Below are positions 1 to 9,636 of a stretch of DNA of 32,000 bases, in pieces; the first letter of the stretch is position 1, and each line of letters opens with the position of its first letter. This stretch comes from Pseudomonas aeruginosa (GTDB lineage Bacteria; Pseudomonadota; Gammaproteobacteria; Pseudomonadales; Pseudomonadaceae). The translations under genes were made by a program, and so were the position numbers. Below the pieces are notes generated by a model that was given only the letters and a program-made list of their open reading frames with translations, was not told the origin of the DNA and did no database searches. The stretch lies in the NCBI RefSeq assembly GCF_001457615.1, contig NZ_LN831024.1:3480001-3512000 (forward strand). The letters are read 5' to 3'.

Positions 1-1272
1 GCCGAAATCGCGACTGCCGAGGCCGACTATCGCACCGTCGGGCAGCTCTGCCGGCGGCTTGCCGGCCTGCAACGCGCCCAGCAGGGTGCCGATGGACAAC
101 CCGCTGTCGGCGAAGCCAGCGCCGCCGGCGACATGCCCGCTACGCAGCGCCCATTGCACCCCGAGGGCGTCGCCGATCTCGCCGGACAGCTCGACGATCG
201 CCGCCTCCACCAGCAGTTGCGCGCGCGGCACGTCGAGCTGGCGGACGATGTCCTCGAGCAGGCCGACATCCTCCGGGTCGGCGAGGATCACCAGGGCATT
301 CAGCGATTCGTCGGCGCGCACCAGCAGGCCGCGCTTGCCGCTTCCCCGGCCATCCTGGCCTCGCTCGCCGTGCAGCGATTCGCCGATCTCCCCGAGGGTG
401 GCGGCAAGGGTCTTGGCGTCGCCATGGCGCAGGCGGATCACCCGGCTGTTCGCCGACCGCGACGAGGGGACGTCGAGCGACTGCGCCAGCCGCAGCAAGC
501 GCGCTCGCGCCTGCGGCGGACCGAGCAGGACCAGGCGGTTGCTGCGGCTGTCGGCAAGGACCTGGACGGTGGCGGCGCTCTTCCCGGCGGCCGGGGTGAC
601 GCTGCGATCGAGCACCTCGGCGATTTCCGCGACCCAGGCATGGCGCATGTCGTAGATGCTGTAGTCATGTTCGCCGGCCCGGTCGAGGCTGCGCACGATC
701 GCCTCGATGCGCTCGATGTTGGCGCGGCGGTCGCTGACGATCAGCGCGTTGGCCGACGGTACGGCGGCCAGATGGCCATGGGCCGGGACCAGCGGCCGGA
801 TCATCGGGATCAGTTCCGCCACCGAGGTCTGCTGCGCCTGGACCACCCGCGTCTCCAGGCTGCCCGGCCCATCGCGGACGGTCTTCTGCGCGGCGTCCTG
901 GCGTGCCTCCATGTTCGGCACGATACGCGCCTGGTCGCCCTGCGGCAGCACCGCGTAGCCGTGGGTGGCGAGCACCGAAAGGAATAGTTGGTAGACCTCC
1001 GCCAGGCTGAGCCGCGCCTGGGATACCACCGTGACCCGCCCCTTCACCCGCGGATCGACGACGAAGGTCTGGCCGCTGATGCTCGATACCTGCTCGATGA
1101 AGTCGCCGATCTCGGCATCCTTCATGTTGATCGTCCACTGCTCTTCCTCTTGCGCGGCGGCAGTCTCGGCAGGTGCCGGATGGACCGGCGGCGCCAGGCC
1201 GAGGACGGCCAGCGACAGGACCAGGAACAGCGGAGACAGGCGCTGGGCGGAACGGGTACTACAACGTGGCAT
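1..1272 (-). CDS. xqhA: Type II secretion secretin (GspD family), XqhA-like; C-terminal part truncated by the window edge
   Basis: Manual reverse translation from ATG at 1272 gives MPRCSTRSAQRLSPLFLVLSLAVLGLAPP...EEEQWTINMKDAEIGDFIEQVSSISGQTFVVDPRVKGRVTVVSQARLSLAEVYQLFLSVLATHGYAVLPQGDQARIVPN, i.e. a signal peptide plus secretin N0 domain. The frame runs off the window. It overlaps the upstream xphA-like gene. Confidence 0.9.
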   Translation of the reverse strand, partial: MPRCSTRSAQRLSPLFLVLSLAVLGLAPPVHPAPAETAAAQEEEQWTINMKDAEIGDFIEQVSSISGQTFVVDPRVKGRVTVVSQARLSLAEVYQLFLSVLATHGYAVLPQGDQARIVPNMEARQDAAQKTVRDGPGSLETRVVQAQQTSVAELIPMIRPLVPAHGHLAAVPSANALIVSDRRANIERIEAIVRSLDRAGEHDYSIYDMRHAWVAEIAEVLDRSVTPAAGKSAATVQVLADSRSNRLVLLGPPQARARLLRLAQSLDVPSSRSANSRVIRLRHGDAKTLAATLGEIGESLHGERGQDGRGSGKRGLLVRADESLNALVILADPEDVGLLEDIVRQLDVPRAQLLVEAAIVELSGEIGDALGVQWALRSGHVAGGAGFADSGLSIGTLLGALQAGKPPAELPDGAIVGLGSRDFG

Positions 1273-1750
1273 GGGTGGTTTCTGCCCCTTCGGCTTTGGG
1301 GAAATACAGACGTTCTTCATAACCCTGGTCGCGCAGCACCACATGGTCGCGATGAACCGCCAGCAGCACGGTGCCGGGGCGCACTTCGGCGCCCGGCAGG
1401 AAGCGCTGCGAGCGCCCGGCCACCGCGATCAGCGCCGCCGAGCGGTCCTCGCGACGCGCCAGGAAGCAGGCCAGCAGGCGCAATTGCAGACGCTCGCCCG
1501 CCGTCGCGCCGCGCGGCGACGGAGCGCCACCGAACAAGCCGGCTAACGCCGCGCGCGGGGCCGCTGAAGGGTTGGCTGGCGGCGCCGGGGCCGCTGCGGC
1601 GGGCAATTCCGCCAGCTCGCGGCGCAGCGAGCGCGTCTGGCTGGCCAGGCTGGCGCTGAGCAACGCCAGCAGCAGCACGCAAAGCACAGCGGGCGCATGC
1701 CCGGCCAGGCTGCGCAGGGAAACGAAAGACGATGGAAGGTGACGCGACAT
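1259..1750 (-). CDS. xphA: GspC-like type II secretion inner membrane protein XphA
   Basis: In-frame ATG at 1750 (MSRHLPSSFVSLRSLAGHAPAVLCVLLLALLSASLASQ...): one N-terminal TM helix and a GspC homology-region-like C-terminus (LIAVAGRSQRFLPGAEVRPGTVLLAVHRDHVVLRDQGYEERLYFPK). Directly upstream of and overlapping the secretin gene. Confidence 0.85.
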   Translation of the reverse strand: MSRHLPSSFVSLRSLAGHAPAVLCVLLLALLSASLASQTRSLRRELAELPAAAAPAPPANPSAAPRAALAGLFGGAPSPRGATAGERLQLRLLACFLARREDRSAALIAVAGRSQRFLPGAEVRPGTVLLAVHRDHVVLRDQGYEERLYFPKAEGAETTHATL

Positions 1751-1927
1751 GCAGCAGGCGGATTCCGGCAAACGGGCGCGCTGCATCGACGCGGCTCGCC
1801 CAGGGGCGGCGAGCATAAGGGATGGGGCTGCGGCCTACGGCCGCGAAAGGGCAAAACTGTTAAGGCTGCCCGCTTTGATCCTTCGTGGCGGGAACTGGCC
1901 CACAAAACGCCAGGCGCGGGAAAGGCC

Positions 1928-2137
1928 TCAGCGCTTGCCCATCGAACGACGGGTACCGCGCGGCGCCATGCCGGGACGCTGGCCCTTGTCGTGGATCTTC
2001 CGCTGCGGATAGAGCTGGGCCTGGTTCTTCTTCGCCAGGGCGGCCTTCAGCAACGCGCTGGCGTCGCTCGGCGCGGCCTGGGCCGGAGCGTCGTCGGAGG
2101 AAAGGGCCTGGGGAAGAGCGTCGGGAGCGGAAGCCAT
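1928..2137 (-). CDS. Small basic hypothetical protein (69 aa)
   Basis: ORF MASAPDALPQALSSDDAPAQAAPSDASALLKAALAKKNQAQLYPQRKIHDKGQRPGMAPRGTRRSMGKR lies in the gap between xphA and the helicase, same strand, non-repetitive basic C-terminus. Confidence 0.6.
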   Translation of the reverse strand: MASAPDALPQALSSDDAPAQAAPSDASALLKAALAKKNQAQLYPQRKIHDKGQRPGMAPRGTRRSMGKR

Positions 2138-2226
2138 GGCGTATCCGGATCGGGGGAAATCGTGGGGACGCGATTATACATGGCTGTCCGGCTGTCCGGC
2201 AGCACCTGCCGGCGTATCGCCACGGG

Positions 2227-4509
2227 TCAACGCAGTTGCCACCAGCCCGGCAGCAACCGGCGCACCTTGGCCTGGGCGAAACGGTCGTCGATCAGGTGCA
2301 CCACGCCGCGATCGCTGCGGCTGCGGATCACCCTCCCGGCGGCCTGGACCACCTTCTGCAGTCCCGGATACAGGTAGGTGTAGTCGTAGCCGTCACCGAA
2401 CAGGCGCTGCATGCGCAGGCGGATCTGCTCGTTCACCGGATTCACCTGGGGCAACCCGAGGGTGGCGATGAAGGCGCCGATCAGGCGCTCGCCAGGCAGG
2501 TCGATGCCTTCGCCGAAGGCACCGCCGAGCACGGCGAAGCCGATGCCCTCGCCGCCCGCGACGAAGCGCTCGAGGAAGACCCGGCGCTCCGCCTCGTCCA
2601 TCCGTGGCGTCTGGCTCCAGCATGGCACCCACGGGTATGCCTGGCGGAAGACGTCCAGCGCCTGCTGCAAGTAATCGAAGCTGCTGAAGAAGGCCAGGTA
2701 GTTGCCCGGCCGCTGGCGAAACTGCTCGCCGAGAATCGCTGCGATGGGCGCCAGGGATGCCTGGCGCTGCGCATAGCGCGTGGAAACCCGACGCTGTATG
2801 TGCACCTCCAGTTGCTCGGCGCTGAATGGCGAGTCCACTTCCAGCCAGGGCGTGCCCGCCGGCAGGCCGAGCAGGTCGGCGTAATAGTCGCGCGGCCCGA
2901 GGGTAGCGGAGAACAGCACGGTGGAGCGGCTGGCGGCGAAGCGCTCGGCGAGAAACGCCGCCGGCACCACGTTGCGCAGGCACAGCCGGGCCAGGCTGCG
3001 GCCGTTGCGGCCTGGGCGCTTCTCGATGTCGAACAGCGAATGCTCGCCGAACAGTTCGGCGAGACGGCCGAACTGCAGGATCGCGAAGTAGAACTCCTGC
3101 AACGCCGGCTCCAGCGCCTGCGGTTGCTCGGCGAGCAGGTCGTTGATCGCCGCCACCGCGTTCTGCAAGGCCAGGAGCAGCTTCTGCGGAGGCTCGTCGT
3201 AGGCCTGGTAGTCGTCCGCCTGGGTCTTGGCCAGTTCGTTCCAGGCACGCTGGATGCGCTCCAGCGGTTTCCTCAGGGCCTCCGGGGCGGTTTTGCGCAC
3301 ACCGAGGAAATCGCCCTGGTCGAGTTCGGCGGAATACATCCGCCGGCCGCGCTCCACCAGGTTGTGCGCCTCGTCCACCAGTACCGCCACCCGCCACTGG
3401 TTGACCTGGGCCAGGCCATGGAGCATGGCGCCGAGATCGAAGTAGTAGTTGTAGTCGCCCACCGCCAGGTCGCACCAGCGCGCCAGTTCCTGGCCCAGGT
3501 AGTAGGGACAGACCCGGTGCGCCAGCGCCACCTCGCGCAACCGCGCCTGGTCCAGCCAGCGCGCCTCCACGGCGGCGGCGCGGGCCGCCGGCAGGCGTTC
3601 GTAGAAGCCCTGGGCCAGGGGACAGGACTCGCCGTGGCAGGCCTTGTCCGGGTGCTCGCAGGCCTTGTCCCGCGCCACCAGTTCCAGCACCCGCACCGGC
3701 AGTCCGCCGGTCTCCCCTTCCAGGCTACGCAGGGCATGCAGCGCGAGGGCCCGGCCCGGGGTCTTGGCGGCCAGGAAGAACAGCCGGTCCAGGCGCTGCC
3801 CGGGCATCGCCTTGAGTTGCGGGAACAGCGTGCCGATGGTCTTGCCGATCCCGGTCGGCGCCTGGGCCATCAGGCAACAACCGGCGGAGGCGGCCTTGTA
3901 CACCGCCTCCGCCAGTTGCCGCTGGCCGTGGCGGAATTCGGCGTGGGGAAAGCGTAACGCGGCCAGTTCGCGGTCGCGCCGCTGGCGGTGCGCCAGTTCC
4001 TGCTCGGCCCAGGCGAGAAACGCCTGGCACTGGCTCTCGAAGAACAGCCGCAGCTCGTCGGCCCGCACCCGCTCGACGAAGCGGGTCTCCTTCTGGCTGC
4101 CGACCTCCAGGTAGACCAGCGCCAGTTCGACTTCCTCCAGCTTCCGTTCGGCGCAGAGCAGCCAGCCGTAGACCCTGGCCTGGGCCCAGTGCAGGTGCCG
4201 GTGGTTGGCCGGTTGCAGGGCGAGGTCGCCGCGGTGGGTCTTGATTTCCTCCAGGCAGTTCGCCTGCGGATCGTACCCATCCGCCCGGCCGCGCACCTGC
4301 AAGTGACGGTAGCGTCCGTCCAGCGCCACTTCGCGCTGGTAGTGAGCGGGGCGCCGGGAGGTCACCAGGGTATGTCCGGCGATGCCTTCCAGGGCGCTGG
4401 GCGACGGGGTGAAGCGCAGGTCGAGGTCGCCGCGCTTGGCGCTGAACTCGCAAAGCGCGCGCACCGCCACCTGGTACAGCGCCTCGCCGCCCTGCTCAGT
4501 CATCGACAT
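2227..4509 (-). CDS. XPD/DinG-like superfamily 2 ATP-dependent DNA helicase with probable Fe-S cluster
   Basis: Walker A (CCLMAQAPTGIGKTIGTLFP), DEAH box (VLVDEAHNL), four-Cys region (ACEHPDKACHGESCP...VCPYYLGQ), C-terminal VIRSRSDRGVVHLIDDRF motif. Confidence 0.92.
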   Translation of the reverse strand: MSMTEQGGEALYQVAVRALCEFSAKRGDLDLRFTPSPSALEGIAGHTLVTSRRPAHYQREVALDGRYRHLQVRGRADGYDPQANCLEEIKTHRGDLALQPANHRHLHWAQARVYGWLLCAERKLEEVELALVYLEVGSQKETRFVERVRADELRLFFESQCQAFLAWAEQELAHRQRRDRELAALRFPHAEFRHGQRQLAEAVYKAASAGCCLMAQAPTGIGKTIGTLFPQLKAMPGQRLDRLFFLAAKTPGRALALHALRSLEGETGGLPVRVLELVARDKACEHPDKACHGESCPLAQGFYERLPAARAAAVEARWLDQARLREVALAHRVCPYYLGQELARWCDLAVGDYNYYFDLGAMLHGLAQVNQWRVAVLVDEAHNLVERGRRMYSAELDQGDFLGVRKTAPEALRKPLERIQRAWNELAKTQADDYQAYDEPPQKLLLALQNAVAAINDLLAEQPQALEPALQEFYFAILQFGRLAELFGEHSLFDIEKRPGRNGRSLARLCLRNVVPAAFLAERFAASRSTVLFSATLGPRDYYADLLGLPAGTPWLEVDSPFSAEQLEVHIQRRVSTRYAQRQASLAPIAAILGEQFRQRPGNYLAFFSSFDYLQQALDVFRQAYPWVPCWSQTPRMDEAERRVFLERFVAGGEGIGFAVLGGAFGEGIDLPGERLIGAFIATLGLPQVNPVNEQIRLRMQRLFGDGYDYTYLYPGLQKVVQAAGRVIRSRSDRGVVHLIDDRFAQAKVRRLLPGWWQLR

Positions 4510-6175
4510 GCCAGCGCACGTAGCAGACCGCCACCGGCATCTCCCGCTCGCGGCAGAATTGCAGCCAGCGCAACTGGTTGTCCTGCAGGCGGTCGCCCGG
4601 TCCCTTGACCTCGACCATCCGGTAGCGCCGCTGCGCCGGCCAGAACTGGATCAGGTCCGGCAGGCCGGCGCGGTTGCCCGGGATATCCTCCAGCAGGCGT
4701 TCGAACCAGGCGCGCAGGTGGGCCGCCGGCAGGCAATCGAGCGCCTGTTCGAGCAGTTCCTCGCCAAGCAGTTCCCAGTAGACGAAGGGCGACTGCAGGC
4801 CGAACTTGTCGCGGTAGCGACAGCGGATCGCGTCGCGGTAGCTGCCGTCCTCCAGCCGTCCCAGGCAGGCCTCGAACAGGGCGGCGCGGCGCTGGCGGAA
4901 GTCGGCGCTGTGCAGGTCCGCCGGCGCGCTGTGGAAGGGATGGAAGAACGCCCCGGGAATGGCGGCGAAGATCGCCTCCCAGCAGAGCAGCCCGAACAGC
5001 GAATTGATCAGGCCGTTCTCGACGTAGTGCACCGCGCAACCGGGCTCTTCCAGGTGCTCGCGGACCGCCCACTCGACGCTACAGGGTTCGCTCGGGAACG
5101 CCAGGCACAGGTCCAGGCGGTCGATTTCCGGAGCCGCCGCCCGCGCCTGTCGCGGCAGGCCGAGCTTGCCTTGCAGGCGCGGCAGCAATCGGGCCAGGCC
5201 CTGGCGTTCGGCGTCGCTTTCCGGCGCACAGCTGGCCTCCCGCGCCAATGCATGGGCTTCGGCGAAGCGCTCGCCGCGTTCCAGGCTGCGAATCGCCCGC
5301 AGGCGCGCGCCGGGGTGGCTGGATTGGCGATAGAGCCGCTGGGCCAGGTCGAAATCCCGCTGCTTTTCGCAGTGCTGGGCGAACTGGAACAGCAGCTTGA
5401 CCCGCCGCCCTTCCAGCCAGGGATTGGCGTAGGGTTCGCCCGGCAGGCCGGCGAGCAGTTCCTCCAGCGGCTCGCCGAGGTCGAAGCGCTGGCGGCAGTC
5501 GAACAGGTGGAGATAGGCGTCGACGTCGGCGCGCAGGCGAAAGCCGCGGGAGTCGGCGGAAAACTCGACGCTTTCGTAACGATAGATACCCAGGTCGGCA
5601 AGGACGAACTCCGACCAGTCCTGCCACAGGTTGCCGAAATACATCAACCGCAAGCGGTCGCAGAGCGCCATGCAGCGCAACTCGTAGACCGGTTCGGCGA
5701 AGTCGGCCTGCCACTCGGCGAGCCGCCGCGCCTCGGGGAACAACGGCTGGAGCCGTTCCAGCAACGCATCCTTGCGCAGGTTCGCGCGCCCGAGATGGTC
5801 CCTGAACAGCTGCGACAATTCGTCCTTCCTCAGCAAGCCGAACAGTTGCGCCAGTTCCAGGGTCGGCTGCGCGTCCACCCAGCCCAATGCCAACAGCGGT
5901 TGCACGGCGGCGCGCGTGTCGCCGATCTCGGCATAGGCCAGCTTGCCTTCGCGGAACAGCGTGCCCTTGCGCATCACCATGCGCACCAGCAGGGCCTGGC
6001 TGGCCTCGGGCAGCTCGGCGAACGCGGCGATGAAGGCACGTTCCTGATCGTCGAGCAGATCGGCATAGCGTTCGCCGATCCAGGCGAGCACCGCGCGGAA
6101 GTTGTGCAGGTAGTAGAAGGGTTCGGGAAGCGCTGGGGAATTCACGGGAAGCGGAGCCTGGTACTGTTCATGCAT
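4496..6175 (-). CDS. FAN1-like structure-specific nuclease with VRR-NUC domain
   Basis: Start chosen at MHEQYQAPLPVNSPALPEPFYYLHNF. C-terminal nuclease motif PDLIQFWPAQRRYRMVEVKGPGDRLQDNQLRWLQFC is the VRR-NUC signature. About 559 aa, consistent with the P. aeruginosa FAN1 homolog whose structure has been solved. Confidence 0.9.
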   Translation of the reverse strand: MHEQYQAPLPVNSPALPEPFYYLHNFRAVLAWIGERYADLLDDQERAFIAAFAELPEASQALLVRMVMRKGTLFREGKLAYAEIGDTRAAVQPLLALGWVDAQPTLELAQLFGLLRKDELSQLFRDHLGRANLRKDALLERLQPLFPEARRLAEWQADFAEPVYELRCMALCDRLRLMYFGNLWQDWSEFVLADLGIYRYESVEFSADSRGFRLRADVDAYLHLFDCRQRFDLGEPLEELLAGLPGEPYANPWLEGRRVKLLFQFAQHCEKQRDFDLAQRLYRQSSHPGARLRAIRSLERGERFAEAHALAREASCAPESDAERQGLARLLPRLQGKLGLPRQARAAAPEIDRLDLCLAFPSEPCSVEWAVREHLEEPGCAVHYVENGLINSLFGLLCWEAIFAAIPGAFFHPFHSAPADLHSADFRQRRAALFEACLGRLEDGSYRDAIRCRYRDKFGLQSPFVYWELLGEELLEQALDCLPAAHLRAWFERLLEDIPGNRAGLPDLIQFWPAQRRYRMVEVKGPGDRLQDNQLRWLQFCREREMPVAVCYVRWHVDD

Positions 6176-6259
6176 ACAGATACCAGCGCCCCCACGGCTT
6201 GGCAATGCGCATCCGATCAAGCGTCGCCGGCCTGACGACGACTATCCAGGCACAAGGCG

Positions 6260-6287
6260 TTCGTTATATAAAAATATTAACAACGAA
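6260..6287. promoter_or_regulatory. Candidate operator: inverted repeat TTCGTT-N16-AACGAA
   Basis: Sequence TTCGTTATATAAAAATATTAACAACGAA in an AT-rich patch 22 bp upstream of the TetR gene start; outer 6-bp arms are perfect. Confidence 0.45.
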
Positions 6288-6308
6288 ACCTGCCCCGTAT
6301 CGGTCCCG

Positions 6309-6959
6309 ATGAAGAAGATCCGCCAACGCAACCTGCAACTGATCCTCGACGCCGCCTGCGAAGTCTTCGCCGACTGCGGCTTCAGCGCCGCCCGGCTCAG
6401 CGACGTCGCCGAGCGCGCCGGCGTGGCGAAGGCCAACGTGCTCTATTACTACCGCTCCAAGGCGCAACTCTACGAGGCGGTGCTGGACAGCATCGTCGAG
6501 CCCCTGCTGGAAGCCTCCCGGCCATTCGCCGGCGACCAGCCGCCCGCCGAGGCGCTACGCGCCTACGTCGACAACAAGATGCGCATCGGCGCCGAGCGGC
6601 CGCACGCGGCCAGGGTCTTCTCCTGCGAGATCATGCGCGGCGCGCCGCGCATGCCGGCGCCGCTGCTGGAACGCCTCGACGCCCAGGCGGAACGCAACGC
6701 CGAGCGCATCCGCCAGTGGATCGACGAAGGCCTGCTGGCGCCGCTGGATCCGTACCACCTGCTGCTCAACCTGTGGGCGATGACCGAGTCCTATGCCCTT
6801 GGCGGCTGGCAACTGGCGCGCCTCACCGGCCAGGCCGGGCTGGACGCAAGCGACTACCGGCAGGCGGCGGAAAACATCGTCCGCCTGGTCTGCGCCGGCT
6901 GCCTGGCACTCCCCGGCGAGGCCGCGCCGCGTCGGCGTTTCCGCGCGCTGGCCGGCTGA
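6309..6959 (+). CDS. TetR/AcrR family transcriptional regulator
   Basis: N-terminal HTH RQRNLQLILDAACEVFADCGFSAARLSDVAERAGVAKANVLYYYRSKAQLYEAVLDSI; 216 aa. Confidence 0.92.
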   Translation: MKKIRQRNLQLILDAACEVFADCGFSAARLSDVAERAGVAKANVLYYYRSKAQLYEAVLDSIVEPLLEASRPFAGDQPPAEALRAYVDNKMRIGAERPHAARVFSCEIMRGAPRMPAPLLERLDAQAERNAERIRQWIDEGLLAPLDPYHLLLNLWAMTESYALGGWQLARLTGQAGLDASDYRQAAENIVRLVCAGCLALPGEAAPRRRFRALAG

Positions 6960-6989
6960 GCGACTTGCGCCGGATCAATTTCCGCGTAG

Positions 6990-7013
6990 CGCTATATTCC
7001 AAAAGCCATAGCG
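6990..7013. promoter_or_regulatory. ModE-like operator upstream of modA
   Basis: CGCTATAT-TCCAAAAG-CCATAGCG, imperfect palindrome with 6-bp perfect outer arms CGCTAT/ATAGCG, in the TetR-modA intergenic region. Confidence 0.5.
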
Positions 7014-7022
7014 AACCCCTAA

Positions 7023-7829
<807 letters not shown>

Positions 7830-7841
7830 GGCGGGACCTGC

Positions 7842-8528
7842 ATGGCGTTGCCACTCGACAGTACGGACCTGGCGGCCATCTGGCTGACCATCGAGCTGGC
7901 TTCGCTCACCACCCTCCTCCTGCTGCTGATCGGCACGCCCATCGCCTGGTGGCTGGCGCGCACCCGCTCCTGGCTGAAGGGGCCGATCGGCGCGGTGGTG
8001 GCCCTGCCGCTGGTGCTGCCGCCGACGGTGATCGGCTTCTACCTGCTGGTCAGCATGGGTCCCAACGGTTTCATCGGCCAGCTCACCCAGAGCCTCGGTC
8101 TCGGCACCCTGCCCTTCACCTTCGCCGGCCTGGTGGTCGGCTCGGTGTTCTACTCGCTGCCCTTCGTCGTGCAACCGTTGCAGAACGCCTTCGAGGCGAT
8201 CGGCGAGAAACCGCTGGAGGCTGCCGCGACCCTGCGCGCGAGCCCCGTCGACCGTTTCTTCAGCGTGGTCCTGCCGCTGGCCCGGCCGGGTTTCGTCACC
8301 GCCGCGATCCTCGGCTTCGCCCATACCGTCGGCGAGTTCGGCGTGGTGCTGATGATCGGCGGCAACATCCCGGAGAAAACCCGCGTGGTCTCGGTGCAGA
8401 TATTCGATCACGTCGAAGCCATGGAATACGCCCAGGCCCACTGGCTGGCCGGCGGCATGGTGGCGTTCTCCTTCGTCGTCCTCCTCGCCCTCTATTCGGG
8501 CCGGCGCCGCCGGCCGGGCTGGGCCTGA
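7842..8528 (+). CDS. modB: Molybdate ABC transporter permease
   Basis: Multi-TM permease with EAA-like loop ([52 protein letters not shown]). Confidence 0.97.
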   Translation: MALPLDSTDLAAIWLTIELASLTTLLLLLIGTPIAWWLARTRSWLKGPIGAVVALPLVLPPTVIGFYLLVSMGPNGFIGQLTQSLGLGTLPFTFAGLVVGSVFYSLPFVVQPLQNAFEAIGEKPLEAAATLRASPVDRFFSVVLPLARPGFVTAAILGFAHTVGEFGVVLMIGGNIPEKTRVVSVQIFDHVEAMEYAQAHWLAGGMVAFSFVVLLALYSGRRRRPGWA

Positions 8529-8529
8529 G

Positions 8530-9615
8530 ATGGACGGCCTGCGCCTGCGCTTCCGCCGCGCCTACCCCGGCTTCGAACTGGACATCGACCTGGCTCTTCC
8601 CGGTCGTGGCGTGACCGCTCTGTTCGGCCATTCAGGCTCCGGCAAGAGCACTTGCCTGCGCTGTATCGCCGGCCTGGAAAAGGCCGCCGAGGGCGAGGTG
8701 ACGATCAACGGCGAGACCTGGCAGGACAGCCGCCGCAACCTCTTCGTCGCGCCCCACCGGCGTGCCCTCGGCTACGTGTTCCAGGATGCCAACCTGTTCC
8801 GCCACCTGACGGTGCGGCGCAACCTGGCCTTCGGTCTCAAGCGCATCGCCGCCGCCGAACGCCGCGTCGAGCTGGAACAGGCCTGCGCCCTGCTGGGCAT
8901 CGAGCACCTGCTGGAACGCATGCCGGAACGCCTCTCCGGCGGCGAGCAGCAACGCGTCGGCATCGCCCGGGCCCTCCTCACCAGCCCGCGCCTGCTGCTG
9001 ATGGACGAGCCTCTGGCATCCCTCGACCTGAAGCGCAAGGGCGAGATCCTGCCCTATCTCGAGCGCCTGCACGAGGAACTGGACATCCCGGTGCTCTATG
9101 TCAGCCACTCGCCAGACGAAGTGGCGCGCCTGGCCGATCACCTGGTGCTGCTGGAGAACGGCAAGGTCCGCGCCAGCGGGCCGATCGGCGAAACCCTGGC
9201 GCGAGTCGACCTGCCGCTGGCGCTGGACGACGATGCCGGGGTGGTGATCGAGGGCACGGTCAGCGACCACGACCCGGCCTACGGCCTGCTGACCCTGGTC
9301 CTGCCCGGCAGTGCGCTGCAAATGCGCGTCGCCCACGCCCCGCTGGCCCCCGGCAAGCGCCTGCGCTTCAAGGTACAGGCGCGCGACGTCAGCCTGAACC
9401 TGCGCGACGACGCCCAGAGCAGCATCCTCAACCGCCTGCCGGTACGGGTCCTGGAATTGGTCGATACCGACACCGCGGCCCACGTTCTGGTGCGCCTGGA
9501 TGCCGGCGGCAATCCGCTGCTGGCGCGGATCACCCGTTACTCGCGGGACCAGTTGCAACTACGACCCGGCCAGCTGTTGTGGGCGCAGATCAAGTCGGTG
9601 GCGGTGCTCGCCTGA
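8530..9615 (+). CDS. modC: Molybdate ABC transporter ATP-binding protein
   Basis: Walker A ([15 protein letters not shown]), ABC signature ([15 protein letters not shown]), Walker B (LLLMDEPL), C-terminal TOBE/MOP-like domain. Confidence 0.97.
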   Translation: MDGLRLRFRRAYPGFELDIDLALPGRGVTALFGHSGSGKSTCLRCIAGLEKAAEGEVTINGETWQDSRRNLFVAPHRRALGYVFQDANLFRHLTVRRNLAFGLKRIAAAERRVELEQACALLGIEHLLERMPERLSGGEQQRVGIARALLTSPRLLLMDEPLASLDLKRKGEILPYLERLHEELDIPVLYVSHSPDEVARLADHLVLLENGKVRASGPIGETLARVDLPLALDDDAGVVIEGTVSDHDPAYGLLTLVLPGSALQMRVAHAPLAPGKRLRFKVQARDVSLNLRDDAQSSILNRLPVRVLELVDTDTAAHVLVRLDAGGNPLLARITRYSRDQLQLRPGQLLWAQIKSVAVLA

Positions 9616-9636
9616 CCCCGGCCTCGCCTGCGGCGC

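Noticed and set aside
665-1138. Minus-strand 157-aa ORF inside the secretin region
   Set aside because: Translation is low-complexity Gly/Arg/Pro rich; the overlapping minus frame from 1272 encodes the secretin.
1828-1850. Hairpin GCGGCC-TAC-GGCCGC near xphA as a terminator of the small basic ORF
   Set aside because: Short stem, no T tract, and common in GC-rich sequence by chance.
1885-3957. Plus-strand ORF of 690 aa opposite the helicase gene
   Set aside because: High-GC shadow ORF; the minus strand carries clear helicase motifs and this translation (Gln/Arg/His rich) matches no recognisable family.
4382-6235. Plus-strand ORF of 617 aa opposite the FAN1 gene
   Set aside because: Antisense shadow of a well supported VRR-NUC coding sequence.
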